Below, in pieces: positions 62,385 to 64,000 of a DNA stretch of 64,000 bases (the stretch's first letter is position 1; every line of letters starts with the position of its first letter). The notes under the pieces are model-generated. The model searched no databases. It was not told the origin of the DNA and saw nothing but the letters and a program-made list of their open reading frames with translations. Source of the stretch: Haliotis rubra. Lineage: Eukaryota. The position numbers were made by a program, and so were the translations under genes. The DNA lies in NCBI RefSeq assembly GCF_003918875.1, contig NW_025764892.1, positions 4,092,001-4,156,000 on the forward strand. The letters run 5' to 3'.

Positions 62385-63930
62385 GTTGGATGCTAACGTG
62401 ACAGGGATAGTGATCAGAGTGGATGCTAACGTGCCAGGGGTAGTGTACAGGGTGGATGCTAACGTGCCAGGGGTAGTGTACAGAGAGGATGGTGACGTGA
62501 CTGGTGTAGTGTACAGAGTGGATGGTGGTGTGATGGGTAGTGGAAAGAGTGGATGGTGACGTGAGTGGGGTAGGGTACAGAGTGAATGGTGACGTGACAG
62601 GGGTAGTATACAGAGTGGATGGTGGTGTGATGGGTAGTGGAAAGAGTGGATGGTGACGTGAGATGGGTAGGGTACAGAGTGAATGGTGACGTGACAGGGG
62701 TAGTGTACAGAGCGGATGGTGACGTGACTTGGGTAGTGCGAAGAGCGGATGGTGACGTGACAGGGGTAGCGTAAAAAGTGGATGGTGACGTGACAGGGGT
62801 AGTGGAAAGAGTGGGTGGTGACGTGACTGGGGTAGTGTAAAGAATGGATGGTGGCGTGACGGGTGGTGGAAAGAGTGAATGGTGGTGTGACAGGGGTAGT
62901 GGAAAGAGAGGATGGTGGCGTGACAGGGGTAGTGTAAAGAGTGGATGGTGACGTGACTGGGGTAGTGTGAAGAGTGGATGGTGACGTGACAGGGGTAGTG
63001 TAAAGAGTGGATGGTGGTGTGACGGGTAGTGGAAAGAGTGAATGGTGGCGCGACAGGGGTAGTGCGACGAGTGCGTGACAGGGGTAAGAGAGGATGGTGG
63101 CGTGACAGGGTAGTGGATGGTGAGGTGGCTGAGGTAGTGTAAAGTGTGGAAGGTGGCGTGACGGGTAGTGGAAAGAGTGAATGGTGGTGTGACAGGGGTA
63201 GTGGAAAGAGAGGATGGTGGCGTGACAGGGGTAGTGGAAAGAGTGGATGGTGACGTGACAGGGGTAGTGCGAAGAGAGGATGGTGGCGTGACAGGGGTAG
63301 TGTAAAGAGTGGATGGTGACGTGACAGAGGTAGTGTGAAGAGTGGATGGTGGCGTGACAGGGGTAGTGTATAGAGCGGATGGTGACGTGACAGGGGTAGT
63401 GTACAGAGTGGATGGTGGTGTGATGGGTAGTGTAAAGAGTGGATGGTGGCGTGACTGGGGTAGTGTATAGAGCGGATGGTGGCTTGACAGGGGTAGTGTA
63501 TAGAGAGGATGGTGACGTGACTGGGGTAGTGTACAGAGTGGATGGTGGTGTGACAGGGGTAGTGTGAAGAGTGGATGGTGGCGTGACAGGGGTAGTGTAT
63601 AGAGTGGATGGTGACGTGACAGGGGTAGTGTACAGAGTGGATGGTGGTGTGATGGGTATTGTAAAGAGCGGATGGTGGCGTGATGGGTAGTGTAAAGAGC
63701 GGATGGTGACGTGACAGGGGTAGTGTAAAAGAGTGGATGGTGGCGTGATTGGTAGTGTAAAAAGAGGCGTGACACGGTTAATGTAAGGAGCGGATGGTGG
63801 CGTGACGGGTAGTGTGCGGAGCGGATGGTGACGTGACAGGGATAGGGTGATGAGAGGATGGTGACGTGACAGGGGTAGCGTACAGAGTGGATGGTAACGT
63901 GAAGGACAAGAGTAGTGCAAAGAGAGGATG
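62385..63930. repeat. ~33-bp G-rich minisatellite (GGTGACGTGACAGGGGTAGTGTAAAGAGTGGAT), diverged and related to the 37-bp array
   Basis: Direct reading. Shares GTGGATGGTGAC..CAGGGGTAG.GTAAAG with the neighbouring array. Confidence 0.92.
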
Positions 63931-64000
63931 GTTGTTTGGTTTGTTGTTTAACGCCACACGCAGCAATATTTCAGATATATGGCGGCGGTCTGTAAATAAT

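Noticed and set aside
60748-63920. Long ORFs of 473, 526 and 438 aa (Pro/Thr/His-rich)
   Set aside because: They are translations of the C-rich strand of minisatellites, which lack stops in several frames. There is no unique sequence or splice context.

Overview
AT-rich, intron-rich animal genomic DNA. The SINE/MITE repertoire suggests a gastropod mollusc, probably abalone (Haliotis); this is inference. Hand-splicing gives five conserved genes: the 5' end of FZR1 (-), FAM183A/CFAP144 (+), EBNA1BP2 (-), NDUFB7 (+) and an ELOVL1/7-type elongase (-). The first four form two head-to-head pairs. FAM183A-EBNA1BP2-ELOVL mirror the order and orientation of human 1p34.2. The most unusual element is invisible in the ORF track: a small six-coding-exon gene at about 54.5-60.4 kb (+). 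It encodes a signal-peptide-like leader joined almost directly to a divergent TGF-beta/BMP-type cystine-knot domain (CRRQMFRLD...WVMSPLGW...GTC...SC...RVIECGCR*), with no prodomain or furin site and no inter-chain cysteine. It carries two frame lesions, so it is either a pseudogene or affected by assembly error. A decayed, apparently intronless relative lies 3 kb upstream. The rest of the window is transposon-rich: three SINE families, two Tc1 elements, many MITEs, a Helentron-like repeat carrier, LINE fragments, tandem duplications and minisatellites. Isolated 1-nt indels in short base runs in otherwise intact genes suggest consensus errors in the assembly.
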